A stretch of 63,646 nt of DNA, counting the filler, from Psammoneis japonica (taxonomy: Eukaryota), in the NCBI GenBank assembly GCA_008632985.1. It is 4 parts of 4 records of this genome, joined end to end, with 100 filler letters (N's around TTAATTAATTAA, not from the genome) between each part and the next. Parts side by side here need not be neighbours in the genome. Positions count along the whole stretch, not along the records: positions 1 to 28,013 come from QPGO01000407.1; positions 28,114 to 55,808 come from QPGO01000409.1; 2 more parts are not named here. The stretch is one strand, 5' to 3'. Shown one piece after another: positions 24,652-38,800 of the stretch; position 1 is the stretch's first letter; every line of letters starts with the position of its first letter. The notes beneath the pieces are model-generated. The model saw only the letters and a program-made list of their open reading frames with translations, did not search any database and was not told the origin of the DNA. The position numbers and the translations under genes are program-made.

Positions 24652-26275
24652 TCACTCTTGTTCAGCGCTACCACGCTCGCCGTCCAAATCATCAAGCCAG
24701 TCTCCAAAAATGGCTTCGATTTGCTTGAACGCTTCCTTCACGTCTTCCGTGTCACGCTCTGACGGACCTTCATGCGTCAAGTCGCTATGGTGCGCCCCAT
24801 TGATCATGTTGATGGCAAGCACGCTCTCAGACACGTTGTTCATAATCGACGCCACAGACCAGCCGTCATTAATGCCATTGGTAAACAAGAGACGCGACAC
24901 ATGGCTCAAATCGTCAAAGCCGAACTGGTCTACAAGTTCATTAGTGTCGGGAGTCCAATCAAATCGACGCTCGCAGTAATCCGTCATCCACGTTTGTGAC
25001 CACGGACGAGGAGGAAACATGCTTGACGCAGACACGCCACATTCTGGAATCCAAATACAGGATAGAAAGTCCCACATGTAGCCAGAGTTGCCGTCGCCCA
25101 CTCCACTCCAGTCGGACGCAGAAATGGTGGCGTGTGGTCCTGGTGGGAGGTCGGACGTAATATCAAAACATTCTTCGTCGTCCTCACCGTGTACGGCCAA
25201 GAACGAGCCGATCTTTTCGGCCCAGTTTCGATTCTCTTTTTGAAACGCCTCACACCCTTTCACCAAAAGCCGTTCGGACGACGGAGGATAGAAATCCATA
25301 TTGTCTTCCGCAAAGTAGTTTGCAATCACCATGTTGACTTCTTGAGATAAAAGTGCGGCATTGTCTATATAATCAGGTAGCGCATCGAGGCAAATTCCCA
25401 TGACAGACGCAAAGTCGCGGACGGAAGACTGTGACGGCGTTTGCATTTTAGCTTGTCCTTCCATCAAGGCTGTTTTGACTGCTTGCTTGCATCCTGGAGA
25501 AGCAGATTCAGCAACCTCTGTAACTTTTTCGTAGTATGCACCCTGGTCCACGTTGTGCGAGTAGAGATGAAGTGGGGCGGAACTTGCGTATCCAATATCA
25601 ACGACATCTGGGTAGACAATGCGCATCAAGGCTGATAAGAACCCCGGATAACTAGCTCCGACTGAAATGACGGGACAGTATTTGTGACTGTTGCGGTCGA
25701 GGCTGCACCCAAACTTTTTTTGCTTGTGCTGCACTATTTTGACAGCGTCAAGTATGGCTTGTTCTGGAGTCAAGAGCCGTCCAAGATCAGCGTTTGTTGG
25801 GTGTTTGACAGGCTGCGAAGTGCCGAAGAAACGATGTTCAACGCACATGGTATAAGCACCGAATCGCTTGGCTAGATTCTCGGAAACAAATGGATACAGA
25901 ATCTTTTTGAGTTCATCCTCGCCACCAAGAATTAGAAAAATGGGACTTCCCGGGCCCTTGAAGTAATCCAACGACTCGTAGTACCTCTGAGTGTACTTGC
26001 CAGAGTCCGGATCATGGTGATCAACAATTTGGTGATGATAGAAGAGCTGGAGTTCTGGATCAGACTTTTTCAGACCCAACATTGGCACAGTCGAGAAGTT
26101 AGCCGAGTTTGCTCTCAAGAAAGCGCAAACCCCGACAAGTCCCGAGTGCAGCCACCGCCGCAACATGCCATCTACCAGTCGGTACGTCTTCGCCAGTGCT
26201 TACTGGCGGATCTCCCCCTTCACCCGCTTCCACTTTATTCGCGGTAGCTTCGATACTCCCGTAGCCTTGCGCCAT
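24652..26275 (-). CDS. Serine peptidase family S28 (prolylcarboxypeptidase-like)
   Basis: QRYY, PIFLILGGE, EHRFFGTSQP, EQAILD, GASYPG nucleophile elbow, ASSAP, FTNG..DGWS, GAHHSDL. Probable start at 26275 with one apparent frameshift near 26140; main ORF 24652-26166. Confidence 0.92.
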
Positions 26276-26598
26276 TTTAAAAACTGTAGTGTGATATCTT
26301 CTCACCTATCTCTTTTCTAAACAGGTCGCACTCAATGCGTTGCACTTGCAAAAGACGATCTGTCAAATGCAAAAATGTGAGGCCGTCAACAAATCATTTT
26401 ATATTTGCCTTCATATCTTTATATAAAAGAATAACCCAGGTTAACGGAGTGAACAGCACACACGCCTGCGCTGTCTACTAGCTCTAGAGTAGAGCTCCTT
26501 GGGAGCAGGCGAAGGAAGATAGAAACAAGGGATCAAAACCCATTGCTAGCCTCCAAATATCTTGTCGTTGCTACTCAAGTCAAATAATTATTCCTGCA

Positions 26599-27823
26599 TT
26601 ACACAACACCATCGGCCCTTAAGTTTCCCTGAATAAATTTCGGTTTCTCCATTGTGTCGGGGCTCTTTCGTGAAAACGTCACAGTCGGGAGCAATCCCAT
26701 TTCATCTTGGGCATAGCACAAGTACTGAAGAAAAGTTTTGGACATTTCAAATGGTTGGTACAGAAAGGGGTGCATTTCATCAATAAGAATACAGGGTTGA
26801 TCCGCTCCGCGAGCTTCGGCAACGCCAAACATGCGTTCTTCGAACCCAAAGGTTAAAGTGATGGCCCTAGAGCCACGAAGCACATTAGTGATTTCCCACA
26901 GCATGTTTGATACTTCTTCTTCATAGTAGAGGGCAACATCAGCAACGGTTGTCGGTTCCGATCGAACAGCTCCTACTAAATTAAAAACGGCATCCAAGAC
27001 TGTTTGCTCCCACTGCAAGAATCGTTCGACGCAAAGCTAGGAGTGAGGGCCTGAAGAAAACAAAAAAAAAAAATCGAAGATGACATACGCTTCGCACTAT
27101 TGTATACTCACCATCAGTCGCTTCCATTCCCTGTAGAAACCAGTCTTGCATCGAATCGCGTTTGATTCCAGTCGATTTTCAATAGCTCCGCACCATTTCC
27201 CGCATGCTGCACACTCTCCGGCCCACTTTTCGCTCCCATCTCCAGCAGTGCCCAAGATTCACAGAGGTATCCTCGATCAGAGTACCAGAAACTTTAATGC
27301 CCGATATGAGAACTTGCGTCATGGAGTCCCGAGCATACCCAAAGTCTTTTAGGACAGCTTCAATATTTCCGCATTCCAATCCACCAGAAAAGAATACTAA
27401 ATCTTCTCGGCGAGATTTTAACCCCTCGGGTAGATTTTTGAGATATTCCTTTAGTTGAGTGGGAGGGATTGCAATGTAGATTGGAAAAGAGCCACTGGCA
27501 TCAGCTGGAATGTCCTGATCCGGCGTCAGAACAATGTCATCGCCTTGACCCATGCGGACAAGAGCGTCTGCTACGGTTGTCGGCCCTTCCAAAGGCTTGA
27601 CAATGACACAAGGTCCATCTTGTGCTTTTTCAATCTCTTGCTTTCCTGACTGTAAGAACGCTTGATATTCCATCGTCGCTCTGTTATCAGACCATGTTGC
27701 GTGCACCTGACTAGTGCTGGAGGCGGTCCAACCCGCCGCGGTTGATGCGGGCGAAAACCCAGTAGCCTTTTGCAACAGAAACGCCGCGGAAATTAACGAA
27801 AGAGCATATAACCTCATTCTCAT
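26599..27823 (-). CDS. Plastid-targeted conserved protein (possibly ketopantoate-reductase-like fold), 2 exons
   Basis: Signal peptide followed by ATG-FSP (ASAFAP-like). GT-AG intron 27111-27013 joins WKRLM to WEQTVLDAVFNLVGAV. One +1 frameshift in a G run near 27253. Confidence 0.75.
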
Positions 27824-28013
27824 GATCGCTTCACCGTTATAGACGATAAGTGAACATTGGACAGGGTTTCTTCTTTTTTAGAAGCACAGAATGATCGCAA
27901 CCGGCAGATGCGAAAACGCAGTTCTCGATCCGAAGCTTTTCAACACGTCATCGTGAAGCGCGCAACAATCGCGGGGTTTCGTGATGGCGGATTGCGACTG
28001 CACGAGTCGTGTC

Positions 28014-28113
28014 NNNNNNNNNNNNNNNNNNNNNNNNNNNNNNNNNNNNNNNNNNNNTTAATTAATTAANNNNNNNNNNNNNNNNNNNNNNNNNNNNNNN
28101 NNNNNNNNNNNNN
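28014..28113. other. Artificial contig linker N44-TTAATTAATTAA-N44
   Basis: Identical 100-nt construct at 55809-55908 and 62256-62355; stops in all six frames. Confidence 0.97.
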
Positions 28114-29531
28114 CCCACAGATGCTCTGTGCCTTCCCCTGCCAATTCAGCATGACATTTTGGAGTCAAGATCACGCGGACTCCATGCGGTGCACATGATG
28201 CTGAAGCAGTGTAGTTTCCTTGGAGAAATCTTCACAAGATGCAAGCATTTCTGCTGGCTCTGTGTTTTCCAAGTAATTCCCATGCTGATCTTTAATCCCT
28301 CCTTTTCCATGCTTCAGGTTAGCATCAATCAACCCCCTTTCTGTCAACACTTGAAGCAACCCTTTCGGCTTGCCGCGCCAACCCGGGAGAATTTTCCGCA
28401 CTGTCTTTTTGATTGGAATGTTTGCTTTCTCGCAGTCATCCTGCAAATCTTTCTTTGTGCTACCCTTTAGCACGGTGTGGCTTGGATCCTTTGCCCTCAA
28501 GTCATTTTCTAGCTCCTCTTTGAGTTTGTCAACGGTCTTAAACTCGTCTGTCGGTGTGTCTTCCTTTCGTCGGAGTCGCTCTTCCGGATCCATCAGGCAA
28601 GGCCCTTCATCCTCGTCTTGGAATATCATTGATTGTGTATCACCAACTTGCAGCCTTTGTGCATTCTCATACTCTCCTACACATTCTTCTGTCAATTTAG
28701 TGTCTCTCATCTTGTGTTTCCCGCCCCACCCTAGGTTCATCTTGTGGGCCGACAAGCCATCCTCCCGCTGCTTTGAATGGCCCGACGAGTGGTCAAAAAG
28801 AAAATATGATCAAATTCAGGACACTTTTCATTAAGTACATCAACAACATCTTCAAGCTGCGTCACCATGTGGTTGTACGTCCAGTGTCCCTCACTGTTCT
28901 GCCCGTACTCAAATTCGCAGACGAATGGCGACGTCTTTATATCTTTTTTGGAATTGGACCCCCGGGCTTCGGTTGCTGCTGTTTCATCACAGTACACAGT
29001 TCCACTCCTTTTGTCATTCACTTTCTTGAGCAAAGCATCATCAAGACTTCGTATCAGGCCAAACTCCCGACATATAAAAAGAGAGAGCATTATTCCAAGG
29101 CCCTCATCTTTCGGAACCAGCACTGTCTCACCATGTGGCCCAACCCAAGCCTTGTTATTCAATAGAAACTGTTTAAAAATAGCCTCATCTTGCCCCCACA
29201 ACATAGCCGGCTTTGCATTGGCAGGAAACCGGTAGCTTAGATATCCACCATATTCTCGCACTTTCGGATCGGCGGATTGAGCAACCATGTCACGAAAGCC
29301 GCTATAGTCGTCCACATGGAACTCGACATATACGTTACCATCTCGAGTAAAGTGGGAGTCTGGACCACGATTCGGAACCAAGCCTGTATTCATGAGCTCC
29401 GTTGCTTCTTCCAGTGGAATTTGTATCCACCTGTAGCACCTCGTCTCCAACTCAAGGTATTCTTTGGTGAATTGTTTTCGATATGCCTTCGTGGCAGGCT
29501 TCTCGTGACCGTCGACATAAAAGCTTTTCAC
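28114..29531 (-). mobile_element. IS630/Tc1/mariner-related DDE transposase remnant (5'-truncated, frameshifted, cut by contig end)
   Basis: YVDGHEK, VEFHVDD, GQDEAIFKQF, PKDEG.GIM.S.F, SPFV.EFEYG, QLED.VD, DHSSGH (across the frameshift), MN..WGG, GW.GKPKGLLQVL.ERG, TPKCHAELAGEG. Confidence 0.8.
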
Positions 29532-29941
29532 ACTCCTCTGCCACTTTTATAGTCATAAAATACTGTATTAGCACAACTGCTTTTGTTATCAGCACAACAT
29601 CTACTTTACAACCTTTTGCTACCCTCGAGGCCTGTGCCTTGCGTGAGTCGTGCGAGCGATTCTAGCCGTTGTAGGGAACATTGACATTTTTTCCATTGAC
29701 CAGACTACCGCTGACAATCCCGCATTTGGCGTTAGAAGGTTGGCAGCTGTCCTTAACACAGAGATCTAATGGCCCCGACATGGGCTGGGCTCTCACATCC
29801 GTTTCGGGTGCTACGAGGTGTTGCGAGAAACGACGCGGGCAATGTGCGGAAAATTAAAACGGCAGAAGTGCGAGCCATTGAAAATTTGACCTCTATGTCG
29901 AGTCATCCTTAAAGCAGGGGATTACTGCTATAACTATAAAA

Positions 29942-32900
29942 CTAAGGTGCACAACTTTCTAACCTCTGTAAAAGCAGCGCAAGTTTCGGAAGATACATCG
30001 TGACTGAACAAAAGAAAGTAAGCGGTGCGCGATTTGGTGAGGGAAAAATTGCGACAGGCAAAACAAGAGTTGATGAAGCGAAAATCAACTCACCGTACGA
30101 CTCTGTATAGAAACCGTGCTCCTTGTTGTGGCCACTAGCGAGGTGGTGACTGTGGAAAAGAGAAAAGGAGAAACAGTAAGAAAATTTCAGGAAATGAATT
30201 TGACATTGTTATGCACGTCCCAAACACGAAGCGCGGGCGACGACTCACGCTAGTTCATGGGCCATCACAGTAAACCAGTAACTGTAGCATTCAGCAGAAC
30301 CATGCTTCTTCAGACTGTAGTGCAATGCGTAGAAAAATCGTACGTTAAAATGAAGAGACCGATTTGAATTGAAAGCAATGGTACCCCCAACAGGCTCGTG
30401 ATAAATTGCAACAGTGCCAAGATCCAATGAATAAATGCTGCAAAGTTGCTTTATCACATCGGCGAAGCTATCAACAGCATGAAAATTCTCGCCAAGAAAG
30501 TGGTCGGAGTTCGTATGTTTCCGGGACGCGAATACTCGGATGCCATTGTGAGCCTTTCCTGTCCGATAAGGTCCTGTGAACGGCTTTAGGTCTTGACTTG
30601 GAATAACTTCGCAGCCATTTGGGTTGCGGTTAAGATTCTCCGGTATGGGCATGTTGACGGCTGCGGGGGAGTGCACACCTCTCGCATTCACCTTCGAAGA
30701 TTCGGAGACAGTTCTACGCAGCATTTCTTCCATACCTCGTTGGTTCGCCTCATCAGCTGCCGGAGTAACAACATTTTCATGATCGTTGTTGGGCACAAAC
30801 GAAGGCTTATTATCTTCTGTGTATTTCGCTTTTGGCGCTTCATTCTCTGATTTGCTAGGCGCTCGTTTCCCACCGAACGCACGAGAAAGACGTTTGCCGA
30901 ATTTGCGCTTGTGCTCGTTCAGCGCTCCCGGATGTCCGTCTCTTGTCTGACCACCGCTTTTCTTGGCTTTGTTCGGCGGCTGTTTTTCTGGGTGCGCATT
31001 TTGAGCGGCAGCCTTGCAATTCTTCGGATAGTCACCAGACGACATTTCTTCGGCGAGAGTCCTTACATCTTCTAAAGTCGGTTTGTCGCCCAAGCGCGAT
31101 CGAATAAACTGTTCAGATGCGTCTGGATACATTTGTGATAGAATGTCAACAAACCCGTCCTTGCTGATCACATCCGAGCCATCTCCGTTGGCAGTGTTCG
31201 ACGTCTTTGCGGGTGGCGTCCCCGCTGGAGGCATTGCCGCTACTGTTGGCTCTGGTTCCTTCACAGGCTCAGCAACCGGTTCAGTAGGTCGCAAAATGCG
31301 ATCAACAGGAAATCCACGAGCTCGAAGCTGATCGAGAGGCGCCTCCAGGATCGATCCAATGAAGAAAGCATCTTCCAGCTGGCAGCGCTGAAGAATAAGC
31401 CCGCCAATGGCATAGCCAACATCGAACCAGTCGAATTCTTCGGTAATGTAAAGTCCGTTCTTTCTCCCACCAGATGATTTGGCACAACAAGTGATTCTCT
31501 GGTTACGAACCGATTTGCCTAGGGAATATACCGCTTTCAGACTGTCTGCTTCAACGATTTGCAGCTTCTTGTCCTCTAGTATGGAACTGGCGGCTGGAAC
31601 AAGAGGCCTTGATGTAACACTAGGGGATACCAAGAGCGGGCGCCTTTCCGAAATTCGCTCAGCAAGTTGACGAGTAAGCTCCGTGTTCTCACGCTGCATT
31701 CCAAGCACCTCGAAGTTCTTTGATACACCTTTGGAAATGTATTTCGATCCCAACTTGACGTAAAAGTCCTCAAGATCTGATTCATGTGGAGCTCTCAAAA
31801 CAGGGAACATTCGTCCAAAGAATGAATTGTCAATGATGAATACATCTTCTGCCTTTGCCAGCAAATAATTTGCTTTCTCTTTTGGTTGGTCACCGTCAGA
31901 AGACATTTCTTCTTGGACCTTATAAGCCAGCAAAAACGGGGACTGACGAATAGCAGGCGTCACTCTTTGAAAGGGAGGATTTGCAGCAATTCGTCTCAAA
32001 AGAGAACGATACTTTTCTTCGCTCCCGAGAGTCCGTAACACCTCGTCTGGTGAAGCAATGATCAACCGAAAGAGATCTAGAGGGCGGGACGACGAGGCAC
32101 AAACATTAGAGATGAAATATTGCGGGATATAAATGACCGCCGCAATCACAAAGACTTACCTTCGGTGGTTGCTTCAGACTTAACCCCAGCTGCTGCCAGA
32201 AACGGGCTAAATTCAATCACATGAAGAGAAGTCCCGTCAAGGAATCGTTCTCGCTCTCTGAATTCTTAAAGTACACATCAGAAGGTCTATACCACGAAAT
32301 GCCGGATTTGCCCACCTTTCTGGGGATAAAGGCTTGCGACTTGAGTTTATTGAGTGAGGATTCACTGAAATCTGTACTGCGTGTGGAAAGATACTTGAAG
32401 ATGTCATGGAATGTGGCACACACGTGCGTGCACAACGCCGTGCGATCGTCTCCGTTGGTCTCCTTGATCTTCTTCTTGGCATCTACTACCAACTGAAGAA
32501 GCTGTTTCAAAAGTGAAATCGGCTGTGGTTCATCTGAAATTGCAAATCGAATAGCGTACAAGCCACCGCTTTTCTTCTCCGCTTCCGGATCTAGAACCGG
32601 AAAACCCATTATCAGGCAAGCTGAGCTCGAATAGCATGTGTTTGGCGACTGCAGTTCCTGGATTTCACTCTTTGGTACAAGAGGGTCTCTCCTGATTGCA
32701 GGCAAAAACCAAAGATTTCTCATTTGTTTTGCCGTTGATTTCGGGTTGAATCTGGACGGATCATAGTCATTCGCATACGCTCCATTGGGTTCAAGGTGTT
32801 TACAAATGTAGTCGAGACACCGAAGACGCAATTCCTTGTCCTCGACGTCGTAAGCCACATACATGAGCAAATCGTGTAGAGATGGATTTACCTTGCAACC

Positions 32901-35647
32901 AAGCTTTTGGAGAAACTTGCCATTTGGCGTTTTCGTGGTGAGCGCTTCGTCGGAGGGCCACTGAAGCAGCTTTACAAAAGGAAATACACGCAGGGCCGGG
33001 TCTGGTAGATAGAGCTCCGACGGGGCAAAGGTTCGAGAGATATCGTTCTCTGCAGGAAGGTACTGGGTCGTTTTTAGCTTTTCCAAATCCGAGCTCGTCA
33101 AGCTTGCCGACTTTAGATACTCCACCAGCGGTTTCGGATCGTCGCTCCAATTCAGCGTATCTAAATTAGTAAAAAGAAAGTCAATCGAAACGCTCTTTCT
33201 GACACCTAGCGCCAAGAGAAACTCATCGGAAACACCACTATCCTTGAGTCTATGCGAAACCTTATTGAAGGAACCAATTCCATCGAATGCCTTCAACTCT
33301 GCCGAAGACAAGTAAAGGTTTCCCGGACACTCTGCCGCATAATTTGTGGCCTGTTGCGAGTCAAACGGAATACATCGCTTCTCGCCAAGGAGACTCTGAA
33401 GATAGCTTGAAAAAATGGTTCGTTCCGTCAATGCCCGACGACTATATTCCTTGGCAAGAGTGGCAAGCACTTGAATGCGAAGCTTTTCGTCTTCTGGCTG
33501 TGCCGCCGTCATGCAAGCAGAATGACTGATAAATTCTGCCCAAATCTCCATGGACAAGGGGGAGAACCACCCTTTTAATGACACGTCTCCAAGTGTACCA
33601 AGGCTCACGTTTTCTTGAATCGTCTTGGGAAGGACCGCCTCTGGCATGGGAAGGTCATCAGGGAGCGATTTTGGTTCCACATAAACAGATAATCCTTCAA
33701 ATGCTTCACGTCCACCACATCACTGCTCTTTGGTTTCTCGGATGGAAAGTAGCGCACATTGTCCTTTAACGACGGACCAACATTGACGACATGGGGCTCG
33801 ATTCGACAAAATTTTGTCCACCACTTGATCAACCTGACGACTTGTTTCTCTTCCAGAACTTGCGTCGGCAAGAGTGTTGACAAATCATGCAACACCAATC
33901 GTCGACATTGAGCAATCACTTCATGATATTCCTTGGCATTTTCATACAAAACTTTTCGAACCACATTCTGGTTGCAAAAGGCCTCCATGCCTTGGTAGGG
34001 CAGCCGTGCATCACTCCCTCGTGCGATACCCGTTCGTGTCAAGACGGGTGGAGACGTGTTGGGCATGCACGCGGAAAAGCCCGACGCCAACGACATGCCG
34101 ACCAACGTGTCGGGTGTCGACTGTTGCGGACAAAAGGAACGCATCAAGACAATGGCATGTTTTTCTTCCGGCGACAGTGGCCGTGCATCCCGGGGATGTA
34201 ACAACTCGGCACTGCCATCGTCCACAAGAGCGTCAACTGAATTTAGCACGCCAACAATTTTCTTCTTGACACCCTTGGCCATAAATTTAGCAAAGGTTGC
34301 AATAGACGATGATGACGAGGAAGTATTGTCTTGTTCGTCTTTTGATTTTGATGATTTGTCCGGTGCTGACGACTCTTTCTTCGGTGCTTCCTTTTCTTTC
34401 TCGAGTTGCGCTTCTAGCAACTCTCGTTGAGCCGCACCTTGTTCCCATTCCTCTCCCACAACACTCATGGCTTGTTCCAAGGTCAATCGCATCAAGATTC
34501 CCGCTAATTCCAACAATTCGGTATTGTACTGGCGCAAGGCGGCATCCTGAAAATCAATCGCTTCACGCTCCACCGTGGGTATGAGAGGTGCCGCCAAGTG
34601 TGCGGCCAATCCCGTCGTTTGGGAGGTTCGAAACCCAATAAAGACACGACCCGATCCCATTTGAGGAGAAAAGGACCGTGTAATGCGAGATGCGGCTGAC
34701 TTATTTTTGTGGCTGGAAGAGGAGTCATTGGTCGCTGCCGCATTAATGAAAATTTGAATATTCACGCTGGGTGGCGGCTTCTTTTTCGTGACTCGTACCA
34801 TGCGTTTCGAAACGTCCAATGGAATTTTCGTCTTGGCAGTTCCAGAAACATAACGCGCTTTTACAGACGACGTTTCTCCATCGAGCGTTACGGTAAGCTC
34901 ATGGATGGATTCGAGTATAGATCCATCGCTCCGTCCCAACGAAAAGAATCCCCTGGGAGACGCCGTCACGGCACCATCGTTTTCCAAAAGGAACTCGCCT
35001 TGGGTGGCTTCACAGTGGTGGGTGCTTGAATCTCTTTTTCGTAATGAGTAAGCGTTCCTTGTCATTCACCTTGACTCGAATCGTTCTCAGACATTGAGTA
35101 AAGGTCAGAGACGCGCATAAAAAGCTCCCAAACTCCACCATATCCGGCAAGGCATACGGATCACGTGAAGGCAAAACAAAGGTTGTCCATTTATCGTTTG
35201 CTTGTTTGTTCGGTGCCGTCTTGGTCCATAGCGCATCGCCCTTCCACACAAACGCCAGTGCTTCTGATCCAGAAATAACTAGAGGTTCCTCGCAAATGGA
35301 AAACATGGTATACGCACCCACTCCAAACGCACCGACTTTACTAACATCGGGATTGCCTTCCGCGATTTTCTTGAGACGAGACCAATCCTGAGACGAAAGG
35401 GCATTCCATTGTTCCTGTAAACCACTTGAGTCACGCTATTAGTTTCTGCATGAGTCGAAATCAACACTTGAGCTTCGGTCGCTTCCGCGTCGTTGGAATT
35501 TTGCAGCAATTCTCGATACACGGCACCGGCCGATGCATAACGTGCCAAAATTTTATCAATGAGAGCACGTTGATTGACTTCGACACGAGACAAGTCACCG
35601 TCACCGGCAGCGTCTACCGCGGCACGAACGTCATTGTAAAGCGTCAT
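29942..35647 (-). CDS. Large GHKL-ATPase (sacsin-like) / DUF3684-type protein with a C-terminal HExxH motif; multi-exon
   Basis: VEVNQRALIDKILARY, RELLQNSNDA, NNG.PF, KIAEGNPD..KVGAFGVG, FIGFRT.QTTG, PTVERE.ID, IAFN...LHFN, MAHELA. Introns near 32150-32220, 30150-30248 and 30004-30093. Several single-base frameshifts. Confidence 0.85.
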
Positions 35648-35859
35648 TTGCACGATTGTGAGATGGAAGCACAACGAAACTCGCTGCGCTGCAAAGCAGG
35701 TTTAGTCTCGTGCGCTGTTATTTGTCTGGCCTGCGTGCGTTCGTTCGTGGCACGTGGCACGCTCTATCACTTGCTCCTCTCCTCCGGAGACCTCGAGACT
35801 GTAGACCCCTCACCCTCATCAATGAGACCATGATGAGTCGTCATTGTTTCCGCGCACCC

Positions 35860-38800
35860 TTTCGATCGAGGTTTCTTTGGCAAGGTGCTGTAAAACTTGG
35901 GTCAAAGCAGCGTTTGTGTTGCAGATGTCATCCGATGGGACAGAGTGAGAAGAAAAAAAGAGCGAAGGAGTGGGGAACACTGTGTCGAATCTTTGTCCTT
36001 CTTCAGACAAAGAAAGAGAACAGCAACAGCATCAAAAGCAAGCAAAGAAGCATCCATTTGAAATGGACTCCAGGCCCTGGGTTCAATGGTGGTGGCTCTG
36101 CGGCCCATTTTCTCAGAAAGACATCACCAAACACAGCCAAAAAGTGGCTGAGAGAGAATGATTTCAGTGGAGTCAAGGTGTCTCAGGTTTGCCCTTTGTG
36201 GGAAGGATTCAACTCAGCAGAAAGCACAGAGCTTTCAGTTTGGCACAGTGAAGAACTTGGGGAGAGCTGCTTTTTGTCACCAAGAAATGTCACATTGAAC
36301 TGCAGCTTGGGCATGACATTGCTTTTGGAAGCCAAGTTGCTGGCCTGTCAGGGGATCTTTTGTAAGATGGCACACAAACTTTTCATGCGGTCTTGCAGTG
36401 GAGTGGAGCATGAGCTCATGCAAGTGGCCAAAGGAATGTTGCACAATGATGGACCACCTCTCCTTGCAATGATGGACCACCTCTCCTTTTGTTCTGCATT
36501 GTTGTTTTGCAGCTCGTGGGAATCAACAAAAGTTGCATGTGGGGATGGAGTTGCTGTGGGGTGCTTTTGAGGAACACATTGTGCTCATGACCTGCAAGAA
36601 ATGCTTTGTCAAATTCAAGCTGATCCTCAAATTTGATGAGACCATTGCAAACTCATTGGAGAAACTGTCGTTTGAGAGTTTTGAACAAGCTTTGCAGAGA
36701 TCTGCCATGAAATTGGTGCACACTGGAGAGTGCAATGCCACAGCTCTCCCGCCAATGTCACTTTGGCCTGCACCTCTGTTGACACCCCCAAAATGACAGC
36801 AATGCTCTGCAAAGCCAACAAGACTTTCTCAAGCTGCAAAACATTTGCTTGCTTGCACACATTTCCTTCACACATGCTGCATCACAGAGAGCAAGTTGTG
36901 GACCTTCTGAAGCTCCTTGCTGATTGACTCTTTGCTCAGGGTGTCAATCAGATGGTCTGGCATAGAATGCCCTGCAACCCTCCTTTGCAAGTCTGTCACT
37001 GGACATTTTGTGCTTCCATTCACATGGGTCCTGACTGCCAGCATTTTCCATGACCAACTGTCCATCTTCAACAGCCACCTCACACCAAGGTCTCAAAAAG
37101 AGAGGTCAAACTCTCAGCTGACTTGCTGTCTGCATGCCCAACAAAGATGAAATTGTTTGTGGTGATTTGCCACCTGAATGTTGCGTGCCAGGATCCCAGG
37201 ACCATTGGGAAATGCACTGTGTCTGTCTGCCAGTGGAGATGGAAGGATGCACCCCTCGTTGGATTTCTGAGCCCTTTTTGTCCCATGCAGAAGTTTGGAA
37301 TGGACAACTTTGGTGCAGATCTCAATTTTTTCAAGCCTTGTGCATCAACGTGGAGCAGCTTGACCATGATGCCCTCCAAATGATGACAGCTCTGGCTCAA
37401 AAAAGGACTGTCAATTGTCCTCAAAAAGGACCCCAAGCAACCTGAACACAATCCACAGGAAGGGTGCAATGTCCCTTTAGAAACACTGCCTTTGCCACAC
37501 AGCAACCAACTCCCTTGTTTTTGGGCTCACCAAGACAACATGGTCACATGGGTGTTTTCAGCACACCCAGAAGCAGCAAGCAACCTGAAGCATCCCATTG
37601 CATGCATGGGCAGTCATTCAGTGATGGCCCTAAATTCCTTGCAGTTGAAACAGAGTCTGAAAATGGATTTGCACCAGTCCAACATTGTCTTTGAGCCATG
37701 TCAGCCTCCACTTTTGAAAATTGAAGGCAGCTCCATTTCTTTCAATGACATTGATTGCCCCCCCCCCCCCCCTGCCATGGCTGAACCACAGACAGGTTTT
37801 GTGAACCTTTCATCATTCTTGGCAAAACAGTGTTGCAGCTGCTTTGCCTGTGCTCCATTTCAATCCACTTCCCTGCTTTGAACCATTTTCTGTTGGGTTC
37901 CAAGTTCCAAGGGGCACCACAGAGCCAGAGGAAGTGAGGGAAAGAGGCAAGGCATTTTGCTGTGGATGTTGGGTGAATTGCTGAACCTGTCTTCAAAACA
38001 GCAAGCTCATTGGTTTCAAGAGAAATGATCAAACTCAATCCACTCCTGATGGAGAGCATTTTAAGTTTTAAGTGTGAGAGAAAACTGCCATCTTGATTGA
38101 AATGCACAAAAACATGTTTGCTGCATTGTGCTCCCCCCAGGCTTGACAACAACATTTTAGATGAGAAGCATTTGCTCCCCAGATTGAAGAGAATCCAAAG
38201 GCTGCATTAAATTGGGTGCAATCTTGATGAGTCAAACAAAGCATCTCTGGATGATGTTGCAACCAAAAACACAGCAAGAATGACACCTTGAGAGCTTGCA
38301 GTTGAGGAAAAGAATGACTGTTGCACACTGTTGCTGTGCAAAGCTAGACCCATCAAATCTTCCCAAGCCCATCAAGAAGGCTTGGCACACTGGGTCTTGA
38401 CATCATGCAGCAAAGAGTGTCTGAGCGCCAAAGCCACAAACCTGAAATTGATCACCCGCAAGTCTCACAGGGTTGCTTTGCTTGTTTTTGCAAGTGCTTT
38501 TAGAGAGCTCTCCAGAGATTCTTCCTTGATGGAAAGATGTCACAGAGGAAGAAGCAAAGCAGGCCAGCACTTCCTCTTTGCCTCCTGCAAGCATTGGCAA
38601 CCAGTGTTTGAGCAGCACTTGATTGTGAGGGGATTGAGAGTGCAGTCTTGTTCATCATTCCAATTGCCACACAATTGTTGTTGTAAAATGACTTGGCCTC
38701 AGCAAACACCACTGTTGGGGTGATCACACCTGCGGTTCACATGAGAATTGAAGGGCTTGCCATCAACCCAGAAGAAGTTGCCACTGTCTCTGTTTTTCAG

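Noticed and set aside
28058..28069. TTAATTAATTAA palindrome within N runs (three copies)
   Set aside because: Artificial six-frame-stop linker. Adjacency across these joins is not biological evidence.
23087..35647. Programmed frameshifting in host genes
   Set aside because: Scattered single-base indels occur in several otherwise intact genes, some in homopolymers. Consensus sequencing error or decay is more likely.
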